A DNA stretch of 55,777 nucleotides, the filler included, from Circinaria calcarea (taxonomy: Eukaryota): assembly GCA_051942165.1 (NCBI GenBank). It is 5 parts of 5 records of this genome, joined end to end, with 100 filler letters (N's around TTAATTAATTAA, not from the genome) between each part and the next. Parts side by side here need not be neighbours in the genome. Positions count along the whole stretch, not along the records: positions 22,366 to 33,439 come from JAVECS010000716.1; positions 33,540 to 44,610 come from JAVECS010000717.1; 3 more parts are not named here. One strand, 5' to 3'. The position numbers and the translations under genes are program-made. Shown piece after piece: positions 23,299 through 36,425 of the stretch. Position 1 is the first letter of the stretch. Each line of letters starts with the position of its first letter. A model generated the notes under the pieces. That model was not told where the DNA came from. It was given only the letters and a program-made list of their open reading frames with translations, and did no database searches.

Positions 23299-26200
23299 TC
23301 ACTCGCCATCACTCTCCGCCTCCGCAACATCATCATGGAACGTCTTCCCCTCCGTCGTAGCCTTGATCATCCCGATCCGAATCGTAAAATCCCCGAACCT
23401 CTCCCCGTCCTTCCGCTCCAAGGCATACCGCTTGAGTAACGGCTTCATAATGTCCAGAATCTCCTCTTCTTGGATGCTGCTGCGGTACAGCTTGTTCAAG
23501 CGTTGACCGTGATAGCCGCCGCCGAGGTACATGTTGTAAGCACCGTAGGCTTTGCCTACAAACGCCACTTCCGCCAACCAAGGGCGAGCGCAGCCGTTCG
23601 GACATCCGGTCATGCGCATGATGATGCTGTCTTGGCGGAGCCCGTTTTCTTCCAGGCAGGATTCGAGCTTAGTGATGAGCTCTGGTAGGTAGCGCTCCGA
23701 CTCGGCCATTGCGAGACCGCATGTCGGAAAAGCGACACAAGCCGAAGAGCTTAACCTTAGGCCCGAGAACTGCAAGTTGTCGAGCTTGTACTCCTTCATC
23801 ATGCCTTTGATCATGTCAAGATCGTCGTCATGAACCCCCGATAGGCAAAGATGTTGATTCCCAGTCAGGCGAAATTCACCCTTATGTACCTTGGCGATCT
23901 CACGTAACCCGGTCTTCATGGGGAAATCCGTGGTATCCTCGACACGGCCATTCTCGATGAAGAAGGTGAAGTGATTGGTGCCAAACTCGTCTCTCTGCCA
24001 ACCAAATGTGTCGATATTAGACTTGAACTCAAACGGACGAGGCTTCTCAAACTTGAACTCCAGCAAGTCCTCTACTTTATCACGGAAGACATCAACACCC
24101 ATGTCGTCGATTGTATACTTTAGACGAGCATGCTTGCGGTTCTTACGATCACCATGATCTCGCTGTACAAGCATTATCTTCTCGCACACAATATGGACCA
24201 CGTTGGCAGGAACGTAGCCCATCATGCTTCCCGTACGCGGGTAGGTCTTCTTATTATTATGAGTCACACCCATTCCGCCACCAACAAGGACGTTGAAGCC
24301 CTCAAGGCGGTCATTAGAGTTCTTGATGGCAATAAGACCAACATCGTGCGCGTAGACATCTGTATCGTTATGAGGAGGAATGGCGATAGTAATCTTGAAC
24401 TTCCGAGGAAGATAGGTCGGGCCATACAACGGTTCATGATCCACTATGGCGTCGCCAGCGACCTTGGTCTTGCTGTCGTCGTCATCCTTGAGCCAAATTT
24501 CGTGGTACGCGGTGGTAGCTGGTAGGAGATGGTCGCTAATTTTGGCGGATACTCGATGGACGTCTCGATGGTATGCAGACTTGGTTGGCAGTGTACTTAC
24601 CATGACGTTACGATTGACGTCGCCACAAGCAGCGATTGTGGTCATCAGGGCCTTGTTGATAGCACGCATGGCTGGCTTTAGCTTGCCCTTCACGACACCA
24701 TGGAATTGGAAAGTTTGACGCGTGGTCAATTTCATTGTCTCATTACCAAACGAACTGCTGATAGAGTCCATCTGGAGCCACTGGGATGGCGTGGCAACAC
24801 CACCATTCAGCCTGCATCGAATCATAAACGCGTACGCTGGCTCTAATCCTTGAGCCTTCCTTTCGTCACGTAGATCCCGATCGTCTTGCATATAAGTACC
24901 GTGGAACTTGGTCAGCTGTTGATCCGAGGCGGCAATAGCTCCAGTCGAAGTGTCCTTCATACCCTCTGCGATGGTGCCGCGAAGGAAGTTGGACGCAATT
25001 TTGATATCTTCGTTGGTGATTGGTGGCGGCTCCTCTGGTAAACCCTCTACCTTATCGACCCCGAGTGCTTGCCACAACTTGGGCTCCCATTCGCTATAGC
25101 CAGTCTGGTACCCGTCTGGATCTTGATCATCACCAAGGCCAACATCAGTCAGGCGCTGGGCTCCAAGAAGCGCTATCCTTGCATCAAGGTCTTTCCCGGG
25201 CTTGTTGTAGTAGATCTTGTCTTCTTTCCTCGGCCAGTAATGACTATCTCCAAGAGCAAAAACGGCAAATCGTACATTGGAAAGGTCTAGGTCGGCTGTG
25301 ACTTTGACCGCATCCCAGAAAGCTCGACCATTCTGGGGAAATTCTCCCTGACCAGCGGTGGCCGTAATCAAAACGACGTTCTCTTCTCCAGAAAGATCCT
25401 CCAGCGGAAAATCGTCCATGGCCATAACCATCGTCTTCAACCCTCTGGCTTTCCCTCGATTGCCAAGGCGTTTTGCCAGACCTTCGGCATTACCGTTGTC
25501 AGACGCATAGAGAATTGTCATTGGTGCTCCGTATAAACCGTCTAACATCTTGTCATAAGCATCTTTAGCGGTTCTCTTTTGCAAGGCGCGAACTTCGCTG
25601 CCATATGAGTCGGATAGATTGGCGGAAAATTCTGGATGTCTTCGCATCAACTGGGAGAGATGGTTGTCTCGCCTCAAGAACTCCTCGAGCTCCCTTTTGA
25701 TTCGTTCCGAGTCGAGCGAGAAATTTGGCATTCCATTCTCTTCGTGGTTTGGATTCCATCGGTACAACGGCCAATAGCCGGTATCCACCGCCTTTTTCGT
25801 CTCTTGCAAAACTGTCAATGCGGAATCGTCCTCTCGGTTATATGGTAGGTAGGCCACCACAACTGAAGGGCCGTCAAATTGATCAGCCTCAATCATCGCC
25901 TCGAGGACCTGAGTATACGAGCTGTACACGGCAACGGAAGCGACATAGGCGTTTCCAAAGTTCATAGCATACAAGCCAACATCCTTCTTCCTCCTCACTG
26001 CATCCGCAGCAGCTCGTTCCGAGTATGGCTGAGAATCAATTACGAGCATGTTAACATTTGCGCCTGATGCAACGACATGGTGGACACCGGAATTGCCCAG
26101 ATCATAAGCCCATGCATCGGATCCAATGAGCCATTGAGATTCTTTGAAAAAAAGAGACTTCGATGATAACAAGTGCGCTGCCAGTTGAGAGCCGTCAGTC

Positions 26201-28029
26201 TCCAAACGAGCTATAACTTCCGAAGCTATATTATTCGCCTTCTTGGGATCGTCCGCGTTCATGGCCCACCTCGCAAGCCAAATTTGTGGGACATCTGTTG
26301 TAAAATCTCTAGTTTTGATAGCGTCTTGTACTTCGCGAATAAACCTCTTTCTGTGATCACTTCTTGCAATAAGGGAGCCGAAACCATATTCGGGGCTCGC
26401 AGCAATGGATGAGGAGATACCTGCATCCGAAGCGTCCAGCCGATTCGCGATGTACAATCGTTCGCCGAAGAGCTGGTCGAGAACTTTCATATATGCTGTC
26501 TCCACCTTCGGCTGCTCCAAACTGTATGGTGGTGAAGAATTTGGAGGACCTCTGGTACTCCCAATCTCAAGATTTTGAATGGGTGAAGTCGACAGGAGAT
26601 TCTGGCATATACCACGGAGTGCTTGTCGAGCAGTCGCAGGCTCGATGTAGCCTAGCTGATGGCCGACAATGAGCGGGGGATCAATTACATTTGGACCGCT
26701 CCTCAGACTCATCAAGATGTCGAGTAAGACTGGTCCCCATTTCGTTGTCTTCCTTCGAATCTGCTCCAGAACAGCAATTCTTCGGACAGTTGGAGGTAGC
26801 GAATCGATGAGATCCTGGGCCAACCAAGGTCGATACAAACGTGCCGTCATGATCCCTATCCTCGCAAACTCATCGCTCGCCTTGGCTTCTCGTATTTCGT
26901 CTATAAACAAGCCTGTAGATCCAAAGATGAAAAGTGCAGATTCTGCTTCATCCGGTCCAGAATACTCAAAGGGATGATATCTTCGTCCAGTAACTGAAGC
27001 GAACTTTGTCCATATCTCATCTAAGAAAACTTGTATGTCTTCAGATGTTACGGGCCGGATGACAACGGAATCTATCGAAGTTGCGGAAGATAGCGAGGGC
27101 CTACTATCTGCACTACTTTCTCCAGCTGCTGAACCAATAGAGGATCCTTCGCGACTCGTTACTTTTGATAGTGCCTGCACTGCGGACTGCACCACCTGTG
27201 GCTGGCTTTCCGACCCACTGAGAGTTGGTAGACGGTTTTCCGTGACTGTTGCATGGTGGCCATCATCAACATATATCGACCGGGCATCGGTGTGCACGGA
27301 CTGAAGCCCCCTTACAACATCGATATTCAGAAGCCCTTTGACCAGTTCTCGATCTTCATATTGGATTGGTCTGTCGTTTGCCGAGTTTGTGATGTCGAAG
27401 AAGTGTATAACACCCTTCCCAGACTTTACGGCAAGGGCATGTGCGGATATTGCAATGTCTTGTGCCTCCTGCAGCGTTTCCGACTGCAGAAAGGTAAAGC
27501 CGGATTGGCGTATAGCCGTGATCTCGGAATAGTCGGGATGGCTCAATGGATGTAGAGATACATGAATAACGATAGGATACTGGGCAAGCTTGTAAAGATG
27601 TGAGACGGATGCAAGTAGCGTTGATGAGGGTGTAGTAATCGAGACGGATTGGCCAGACCGTAGTGGTTGGAAGGCCGAAAGGAATGGATCAATGTTGTGT
27701 CGTATCGACTGAACCTGTGGATATATCAACGGACTGCAGTTCTCTCTATCTTCCACCTGGAACATACCTCCGGCACTGCTCTCGCTACCAGTCCCTGTGA
27801 TTTCCTTGCGGCGAAACTATGTAGATATTTTGAAAATTCCGAGTCTCTGCTCAATGCCGGCTGGACGGATATGACCACATCGCTGGACAAGTATGCAATC
27901 CTTGCCACTGTGGAAAGCAATCAGTAATTAGCAAACCGATCAGAAGCCCCGCCATTCTCCCAAGACGCGGGGAGCAGCTATAGAATCAATTCCATCCATA
28001 CCTGCTTCGCCGACGGTGGAGATCGACAT
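23299..28029 (-). CDS. MET5: Sulfite reductase (NADPH) beta subunit
   Basis: PFOR-like N-terminus, flavodoxin domain ('ILYASDNGNAEGLA', 'TAGQGEFP'), siroheme/4Fe-4S domain ('KFHGTYMQDDRD', 'ACVAFPTCGLAMAESE', 'MTGCPNGC'). First exon MSISTVGEA inferred at 28029, with two 5' introns. Confidence 0.96.
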
Positions 28030-28571
28030 TCTGTGTGAGGGTCAATTGCAACAGAGGGCGGAGGAAAGGAGGGTGGAGTTTGTGGTGAGGAGGTGGAGTG
28101 TTCTGGCACAACTGAAGTTTGAGGAACATTTTTTCCTCCTCCATCAATCACGCACGATGGCGAAAGTCTTATGTAATACACTCTAGCCATTTTTTCTCTT
28201 GACTGTCACAATCCACCGTTGCTTAGGGATGCTTCCATTGGTCGAATATTGCGCAAGAACTGCTAGGCCTGGCGTAGAAAAATAGAGATCCGGGCTTAAG
28301 GTTATCGGCAATCTGACCGCCCGGGTTTAGTCTAACTAGAACTATCGTGGGCTACTTGAAGGAACAGCTGCGGGCGTACTCTTGGATCTGGATATATGTT
28401 CTTCTTCATATGCTCCAATGCGTGCTCACTCTCGAAGGATTAACTTACACGAGGCTCAGAGGATTATTAAATACACCACTCTAGGGTAAATGCATCTGTC
28501 TAATACGAATCTACGTCGTCCTCTGATTGCCGAACTTGTCTTCGTAATTCTCGCATCTCCGATTATCTGCC

Positions 28572-30377
28572 ATGTCGTCTCAAGATCCTGCTCTTGTCGA
28601 ATGGCTCCAGCCTTTGTTGATCGATGACGCCAAACTTCAAGCTCTTACGCGCGAATTGTCCTCGACATACAGCTATTTAGCACTTCACTCCCAAGAGCAA
28701 TTTTTCTCCACCCCCGTCACAAAATTGCCAACCGGCAACGAGAAAGGAACAATACTCGCCATCGATTTCGGTGGAACAAATTTGCGGATTGCTTTCGTCG
28801 GTTTGGTAGGGTCTGGGGTCGGCGTCGAAAGGAAGGCTGGAAGCGAGCGGACTGTCCAGGACTGTCATGGCTCAGGCAGCTACACAGCATGTTTCCGAAA
28901 ACAGCATGAACACAGCTGGCCTATAGGAGAACATCTCAAAGTTGAGAAGGCGGAAGATCTCTTCGTCTGGATTGGAGATTGCCTGGCCGAGGTGATAGGC
29001 GCTCAGGTCAACGCCGCGGTACTTGCGGGCAAGGAGGAGCCATTCGATGAGATACCCTTAGGGATCACTTTTAGCTTTCCAATGATGTAAGTGACCCCGT
29101 AACCCAAAGGGTCCCCTGCCAAGGTAAGCATCCTGACCGCCCTGTCTTTCTATTCTCCAAGATTTGGTACTCGTTCATTCTATAGTCGCAAGGCGATCTT
29201 AATTCAATCCGTGTCCTCGGGATTTTCTAAGACCTGGGGTACCTTCGAAATCGTAAGTATACAGACTAATTGACCAATTGACTTTAGGCAGAGTAAATTA
29301 GCCGAAGCCACGCTCATGCCCATGGGTAAAGGGTTTGCTATCAGCTCCAAATTAGACCTGGGCGAGATGGTACTTGCTGGGTACAAAAGACATACAGAAG
29401 GTATCAATAACGCCAGCGAACACGGAGCAAAGGCATTGCCGAAACTCTCAGTCGCCGCGATTACGAATGATGCTGCAGCCACATTATGCTCTTTGGCTTA
29501 CTCAAGTAGATCACTTGGACATGGTAAAGCGGTACTGGGCCTTATCCTGGGCACCGGCTGCAACGCTGCAATATTAATGGCGATTGAAGCCCTTCACCCG
29601 TCGAAGTACCCTACGGATCGGAGGGATGACGACCATCAGGTCGTGGTCAACACGGAATGTACGATCAAAGGGACTGCACCACCCTTGCGGAATCTCGGGA
29701 TCATCACGCAATGGGATACACTCTTAGATCAGGCCCTTCCAACACCTGGGTACCAACCGTTTGAGTACATGACGGCAGGATATTACCTCGGCGAGATTGC
29801 GAGACTAGTTGTACTGGACTACTTTACACATCGTCTAGGATTTCAGAAGGAAGAACTACCTCGGGCCATCTCCAGCCGCAATGCTTTAACGACTGAGTTC
29901 TTTTCCCGAGTAGTCGCCACTACATCCGATGCACCAAGTCTAGCCTCGAAACTTAACGCCGACTCGAACCTGGGCAATGGCGATTGGGTCTGGACAGCAG
30001 AGCTTGCAAACGTGGTCTGGCAAGCAGAACAAGCAGTCGTTCGTCGCTCGGCCGCAATGATAGCCGCTGCTACCGTAGGACTCCTGAGTTGCTCTGGGGA
30101 GCTGGAGTATGAAGAGAACATTATGGATCCTATATCGGCGGTCCCCAAAAGCAGACCATCATCCACTGCGGACCGGCAGCTCCTGATCGCCTACTGTGGG
30201 GGCTTGATCACACTCTACAAGGGATACAAGGAACAAATTCAGTCGTTCATCAATCGACTTGTTGACCATCTACCTCCCAAGAAGAACCAAACTGAAGTAT
30301 TGCTTCACGAAGCCTCCGACGGCGGCCTTTTCGGAGCGGCAGCTCTTGCGGGGACCGTATGGTCTTGCTCGAGGTGA
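28572..30377 (+). CDS. Hexokinase family protein, atypical (N-acetylglucosamine kinase / HxkC-like)
   Basis: 'AIDFGGTNLRI', 'LGITFSFPM', 'MGKGF', 'NDAAATL', 'GLILGTGCNA', 'YLGEIARL', 'DGGLFGAA'; intron of about 200 nt near 29087-29288. The subfamily is inferred. Confidence 0.85.
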
Positions 30378-33071
30378 ATCACTACCACTCTAGACATTTG
30401 AACAGAACCTACGTCGCATGACTTATGTCCACAAAGGAATGTCACAGCTATCCTTGACTATCCGGTTGAACTTTGCTAGTCATGTGTTGTGATGCACGTA
30501 ATTGAAATTCAGACGGGAAACCTCTCTGCTCTGCTACATGGTAGCCATCGAGTCCAGGCCGATGGTTTATAAGCACCGAGTTATTCGCTATCAACCGATT
30601 CAACCTCCACACTCGTGGAAATCCGACATGGCATGAACTAGCGAGCGGCCTTATGTACCTCAGTCCCCCGTTCACCTCAAAAGTCACATATATAATCCTC
30701 TCTTGTCTGGCCCTGACTGTCGCTGTCAGGCTGCTGCGTTAAGGGGCCCAATGTGAGAAGATGTGACGTACTAGCGGACCACGATAGCCTTGTTCTGCAG
30801 CTTCGAGTCTGGCGTATGTAGGTGACAACTAGGAATGCCGTCCTTTCCGCCAAACGGGCGCTTATAATGTTAAGCTATCCGGAACAAGATGTTGGTTGAC
30901 GTGCAAAGTACAGACCACTCCCGCTAGAATGAAATACGCCCCATGACCCTCGTGGATCCCTGTTTCGCACCCATCATGTAGTGGTGTAACAAACACTACT
31001 CTGGTGTATTCTGCCCGCCCAGTCTGTCCTTCTATACTACGATGTGGTCGTGCGCCCATTAATGACCGTGGGAATCCTAGCACATATGTGAATCGTGCTT
31101 TCGACACGAGTCGACCCAACTGGAGCATGACGAGATCTAACACTTTAGCTTCGACATCAAACAGTATCCAGTAACAGCACCACCGTCGAGAGCCGTATTC
31201 ATAGAAGTCAGCGGCAGAGTATTATGAACGTCAACATCTATAAGAAAAGTGAGCCTCGGCTAAATAACGTCTTCGAGGAAGGTGACATGTCCGAACCGCC
31301 AACGGAGCGCACTCCATTGAAACGAAAAGCGAGTCACCAGCCTCCTAGGGGCTGGCTATTTCAATCGAAGATCTGACAGTACAGGGATTACTTTTAGCAT
31401 TCAAGCCAGAGCAGCTCTATGCGCACCCAGACAAGTACTGTTTGTCACAAGATTGACAACTGGAGCGAGTAAAGGGGTGTGGATGTGATCCTATAAGGCC
31501 GCCACCGAGTAATGGTAATTCGTGCATACGGGTGGTTGGGATGCTGCCGGCGTCGTCGTACAGCGTTGCAATATCAACGCAAGGTCTCCAGCAACAGTAG
31601 AACAACTCTTCGCCGCAGCGGCGGTACCCTCGGACGGGATACCCACGGAGACTCTCCTATACAGAACAGATCCTTTTTCCGCTCGACCCTAGCGCCATTA
31701 GTCATGATTGGACTGAAAGTCGAATTAGACATCAAGCGCTGGTTGATGCACGACTTTCCTCACAGCGGTTGGGAGCGCTTAATAGGGCATTCGTGGGTCA
31801 GAGGTGCTGGCTGGTACAGTAATATGATTGACAACGTGATGGCCACTGCAATTATCTCGACCAGGCCTGTGATAGGAGCAAGCAGCAGAATCGACAAAGC
31901 CCCAACAGTAAGCGTAACTGTACGTCCCTCAGTACCCCGTAGAGCCGACTAGGGGTCAAGCGCGGAGCGGTGGCAGCGAAGCCAATAACAAGGTCGTTAT
32001 AGACTTGTACATCGCTGAGATCCCCGGGGGAAATGGTCTCGAAGCTTCGAGAAGGCCTCTAGAAGAGGACAATGCCGATGAACCTAGTCACCGCAGTCAG
32101 ATGGTGGCCGGCCGTGCATCGTCTGCACGAGTCACACACATATGTACGGTCATCCTGTCAGCTGCTGTCTGCCCACTGGACCACATCCGAGCAGCGGATT
32201 GGGCACTACTGTACTCCACGAGCTTCCCCACAACCAGCATGATGTGCCATGAACCGATTCGCTGGACAACTCCGACGTTGGTCAGCCCTCCTGCACATTT
32301 TGGTTTCGAGGACGAAGACGAGGACGAAGACAGAGGAGCAGTATTTCGACATCGAGGGCAACGACGGCAGCGACCCCGTCGACCTGTTTGATGAGGGAAT
32401 TTGGCACTGTTTGGGGCATGGCAGCGATGCAGCTGCGCCTGCAGATGGGCAGCAGATCTTCTGTACTATGGTACCTTTCGTTCCAGGTTTGTGGGGAAGG
32501 TGAGCACCCGTTGGACTCTCTACCTGGTCCTGGCGGAGTTGCTCCACTCAACCCATGTACCTCCCTCCACCTCTGCTACGATACCTTTTCCCTCACACAC
32601 CCTCCTCTCCCCTACTAGTCAGCTCTCTTACGCCTTCCGACCTTCCGTTAACCTTTAGCATCCTTCCTACATCCTGGATCATCATTTCGACAGCCTGCAT
32701 GAGCTTCTACCCTATTACCCCGCGTTCTGCGATCCAAAGGCCTTAAATTTTGATAAAGCATTTTTGGCTCGAATAGATCCCCAGCTCACGGATCATTACG
32801 GCTCCAGGGAATACGGGCTCATCTTCCCTCGATTCGATTTGAAAGCGCCTGGCCTCGAGGAAAGTACTTGATACTCGTTGTATTCGCCCATTTCCCACCC
32901 TCGTCCTTCTACACTCCCTGCTATTCCCTTCCTGCCAGTAAGAGTCTGACAGCGGCAAAGCTCACGCTTGCACGGGTACGGTGGTAAATGGTCCTGTTCA
33001 CTGTTTGACGCCGAGCAAATCAATCACTTTGAAACATCCAAGTTACCTGCAATCTACGCGAAGTCTCCACT

Positions 33072-33439
33072 ATGCTGACCACCGCCACTCACCACTTTAC
33101 CCCTATGTTCAGTCCTGAAAGTTTACAAAGCAACATATTTCCAGACCGAAGCTCTCATCCACAGCAGATGCAGGCCTCCAGACCCGATCTGCTGGCGCAG
33201 GAGTCAGAACATCCCTTACAGCAGATGCGATCGGTTCCTCTGGTCAGGCGGGAGAGCCTGTCCGCTATGAGGAGTCCCACCCGGGACCGACATCATCCGT
33301 ATGAGAACGTCCAGTCGAAGACCCGAAGAAGATACTCGGAAGCCAGTGACACCAAGAGTGGCACGGCAGTTCCTATCCGACGGAGGATTAGTCGAGCTTG
33401 CGATCAGTGCAACCAGCTACGGACGAAATGCGACGGTAG
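33072..33439 (+). CDS. xlnR: Xylanolytic transcriptional activator XlnR/Xyr1, 5' fragment truncated at contig end
   Basis: 'RRRISRACDQCNQLRTKCDG' is the characteristic start of the XlnR Zn2Cys6 domain. Confidence 0.85.
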
Positions 33440-33539
33440 NNNNNNNNNNNNNNNNNNNNNNNNNNNNNNNNNNNNNNNNNNNNTTAATTAATTAANNNNN
33501 NNNNNNNNNNNNNNNNNNNNNNNNNNNNNNNNNNNNNNN
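33440..33539. other. Artificial contig spacer
   Basis: N44-TTAATTAATTAA-N44. Confidence 0.97.
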
Positions 33540-34536
33540 CCCCCCCCTCTTTTTTTTTAAAAAAAAAGAATAATTCCCTGAGTAGGATTCCGAATGAAAA
33601 AATAAATAAACAAGAGGTTCGAATTACGATGCGAATATTTATGGGGAGAGAAAAGGGGAAAAGGAAAAAGGGGGTTCTTATCGCAACTTTTTTTTCTTTT
33701 TTCTTTCGTTCTCATAATGTTCCGGGTAGAGAATGTTCGTTTCTGGGTAGAAGAGGGAGGTGTTGCTTTTTTGATGATACCCCTTTGCCATGCATGGGCT
33801 TCTCGAGGAAAGAGTTGAGAACACCTTTTTAGCAACTGTTTGACCCGTGTTAGCATGATTGATACCTAGGTTCCAAGTGGGCTGGTGATGAGAAAGTTAC
33901 CAGCGGCTGGTGTGGTCACGGCTCTACTGCAGTAGGAGGACATGGTCGAGTTCTAGCTTGTAGCGCGTGTCCTTGTTTAACAGCGGATTGTAGCGAACCA
34001 AGGTCGTAAGCTTAATCTGGGGGGGTGGATATGAGTACATGTGACACGGGGTGGCTTTTGGCAAAACCAGCTTGATTGTGAAATTAGGTACAAAGTCCCC
34101 ACTTCCTCCTTCTCCATTCGTGCCGGGTATCCGCGTGATAAAGCACCTCCCGAAAAGTAAAGTCGGAATGATTACAAGAGTTAGGCTTCGAAACCACAAA
34201 ACAAACAGTGGCCGTGGCCATTCACTATGCCAAGCCACGCTATGCGGAGACGTGAAAAATCCCCCTTCCAAGGCGGGAAGATTGAAAATGAATCGCATCG
34301 TTAAATCGAAAAGGTACCCAGCTTCGAGGCACCATCAAGAACATTAGACATGAGCATCGGACAAACATGGATTAAAAAGGCCATACTGTCGATTAGAATA
34401 CAAGAGGCACGCCTGCTTGGGAAGTAATACAAGTGTGCTCATGTGACAAGATACCCACTCTACGAACCCAGCCTATGCAGCAATATGAACATGGAAGTGA
34501 ATAAGGACGACGGTCCTATGCGCATGCCGGACTGGC

Positions 34537-36425
34537 TCAGCCAAGGTTCTCGGCAAATCGAGAGCCACGAGAGCCATCAAAACTTGGATGGCTCCGACCA
34601 ATTCCGTCTCTCGAAGGTGGAGGTCTCGGTGAAGGTGTAGCCCGTGGAGGTGGTGTAGATCTAGGCGGAGGCGGCGTAAAGCTGCCTTGCGACGTAACAG
34701 GAGTTCGAGCAGGACCAGGTCTCATCACAGCAACCTCATTGTCAGAGTATCGAGCAGGAAGTTCCGAAGGGCGGGATGGGCCAGCCACCGATCCACCCGC
34801 TAGACCTGGCGATGTGGGAGGGGAGCCAGGACCCACATACATCGAAGAGGGCACTGAACCAGGTCCGCCATGTGTTACGCTCTGCGAGTCACGATAAAAC
34901 GAGGAACCGGCAAGATTCTCTCGATTGCTGGGGCCCGGATCTCCGTAGCCGTCGCCGCCAGAGCTAAGGACTGATTCAATCCTACGGCCGCCCAAGTTCT
35001 GAAAGCCCCGTTCACTAGGGCTAGTCTCTGTAGTTGCGCTCGTTTGGGCAGAATGGGGTCGCAGGCGCCGTAGAAAAGGGGCCAGACCAGCAGAAGCTAG
35101 AGGCACAGAGCTCGACCTCTCTGCCATTGGCCTTTCCGATGGGGTTGGGTTGGTAGTTGCCAATTCGGTATCCCCATTTCGGATCTGTCCACTCCGTATC
35201 TTCCTTCGTCTCCAACGTATGAGGTACAGGATAATTACCAAAAGAATGGCTAGTCCGGCAAGTCCACCGACCACTCCGCCAACAACAGCCGGAGTAGGAG
35301 GCGCATTTGACTGGTTTGAACCACCTGCAATTGTTGTTGTGGATGATGAAGGAGGGGCGCTACTCGTACCAGTGCCAGCCGGATTTCCTGCACCGCCTCC
35401 ACCTGCACCGGTCCCAGCCGTGCTGCTGCCAGTAGAGGATGCTGAAATAGATGTGGCGGTTAGCGAATTACTGTTCAATGTTGCGGAATCAGATGTTTGC
35501 GAGGATTCTGATGCACCTGTTGACGAAGCGGATCCTGCAGAGATAGAGGTGGTAAATGAACTCGAGGTGGCGGTAGAAATGGTGGTGGCTGGGGCAGTTG
35601 AATTTGATGTGAAGGGTCCTAATTGTAACGTTGTGGTCCCTGTGAACGTACTACCGGAGTTTGTTGTTGTAAATGCTACAATCTGTTAATGAAGGAGGAC
35701 GAATGAAAGGACTGGGTTTCATCCTTACTTGTAGTGCTATAATTGCCGGTAGGAGTGAATGGCGTAAATGACGCTGATGTAAACGCTGCTATCGTCGAGC
35801 TTTCAGCTGATGTCGCTGCCTCTGTTGTGGATGATGGGAAATATGAGTCTGAAGATGTCGATGGTAGAGACATGGTCTGACTCAATGGTAGAGGCGTTGA
35901 AGGAGGCGAGGAGAGGAGAACCTGGGAGCTCATGTTGGGCACTTGAATAGACAAAGAACTTTGTGCTGCTGGAGCAGCTGAACTCTGTGAAGAGGCATCA
36001 CCCGATGAAGCCGAAGTCTGAGAACCAGCATTACTTGGTGGTGTAGTTTCGATTGGTTGAGTACTCATGGAGCTAGCTGAAAGCGGATACCCTGAGATCG
36101 TGAGGGACCCAAGGGTGGGAATTGCAACAACGGTGGGTTCTGTGGGAATAGCAGATAGAGTAATTGCAGCCACGGCGCTGCTTCCATTGTCGACTACCAC
36201 ATCCAAAATAGACGCAGTTACCGTTTGGACGGCGCCAACAGTAGAAGTTATATGATGGCGTTGAACATCTTGCATATCCTTGCTGCGCATTCCTCCATGG
36301 TCCCCGTATTCGTCTCCTTCACTCATCCTAGCCATCAAAGATGATTTATCCGTCCCCAGCCGACCATGGTTACCCGATCGTTCGACTACATCGGATAGTC
36401 TCTGCCTTTTAGACGGGTAGTCCAT
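34537..36425 (-). CDS. Ser/Thr-rich single-pass membrane protein (Mid2/Skg6/Axl2-like architecture)
   Basis: Long S/T-rich region, TM 'VVGGVVGGLAGLAILLVIILYLI' followed by RWRRRK, Pro-rich tail ending 'GSRGSRFAENLG'; one intron near 35680-35728. Confidence 0.78.

Noticed and set aside
32005..32658. Overlapping small ORFs upstream of xlnR with an acidic 'EDEDEDED' stretch
   Set aside because: Produced by a (GACGAR)n microsatellite-like tract; no supported gene model.
35150..35689. 179-aa plus-strand Ala/Val-rich ORF
   Set aside because: Antisense shadow of the Ser/Thr-rich membrane protein gene.
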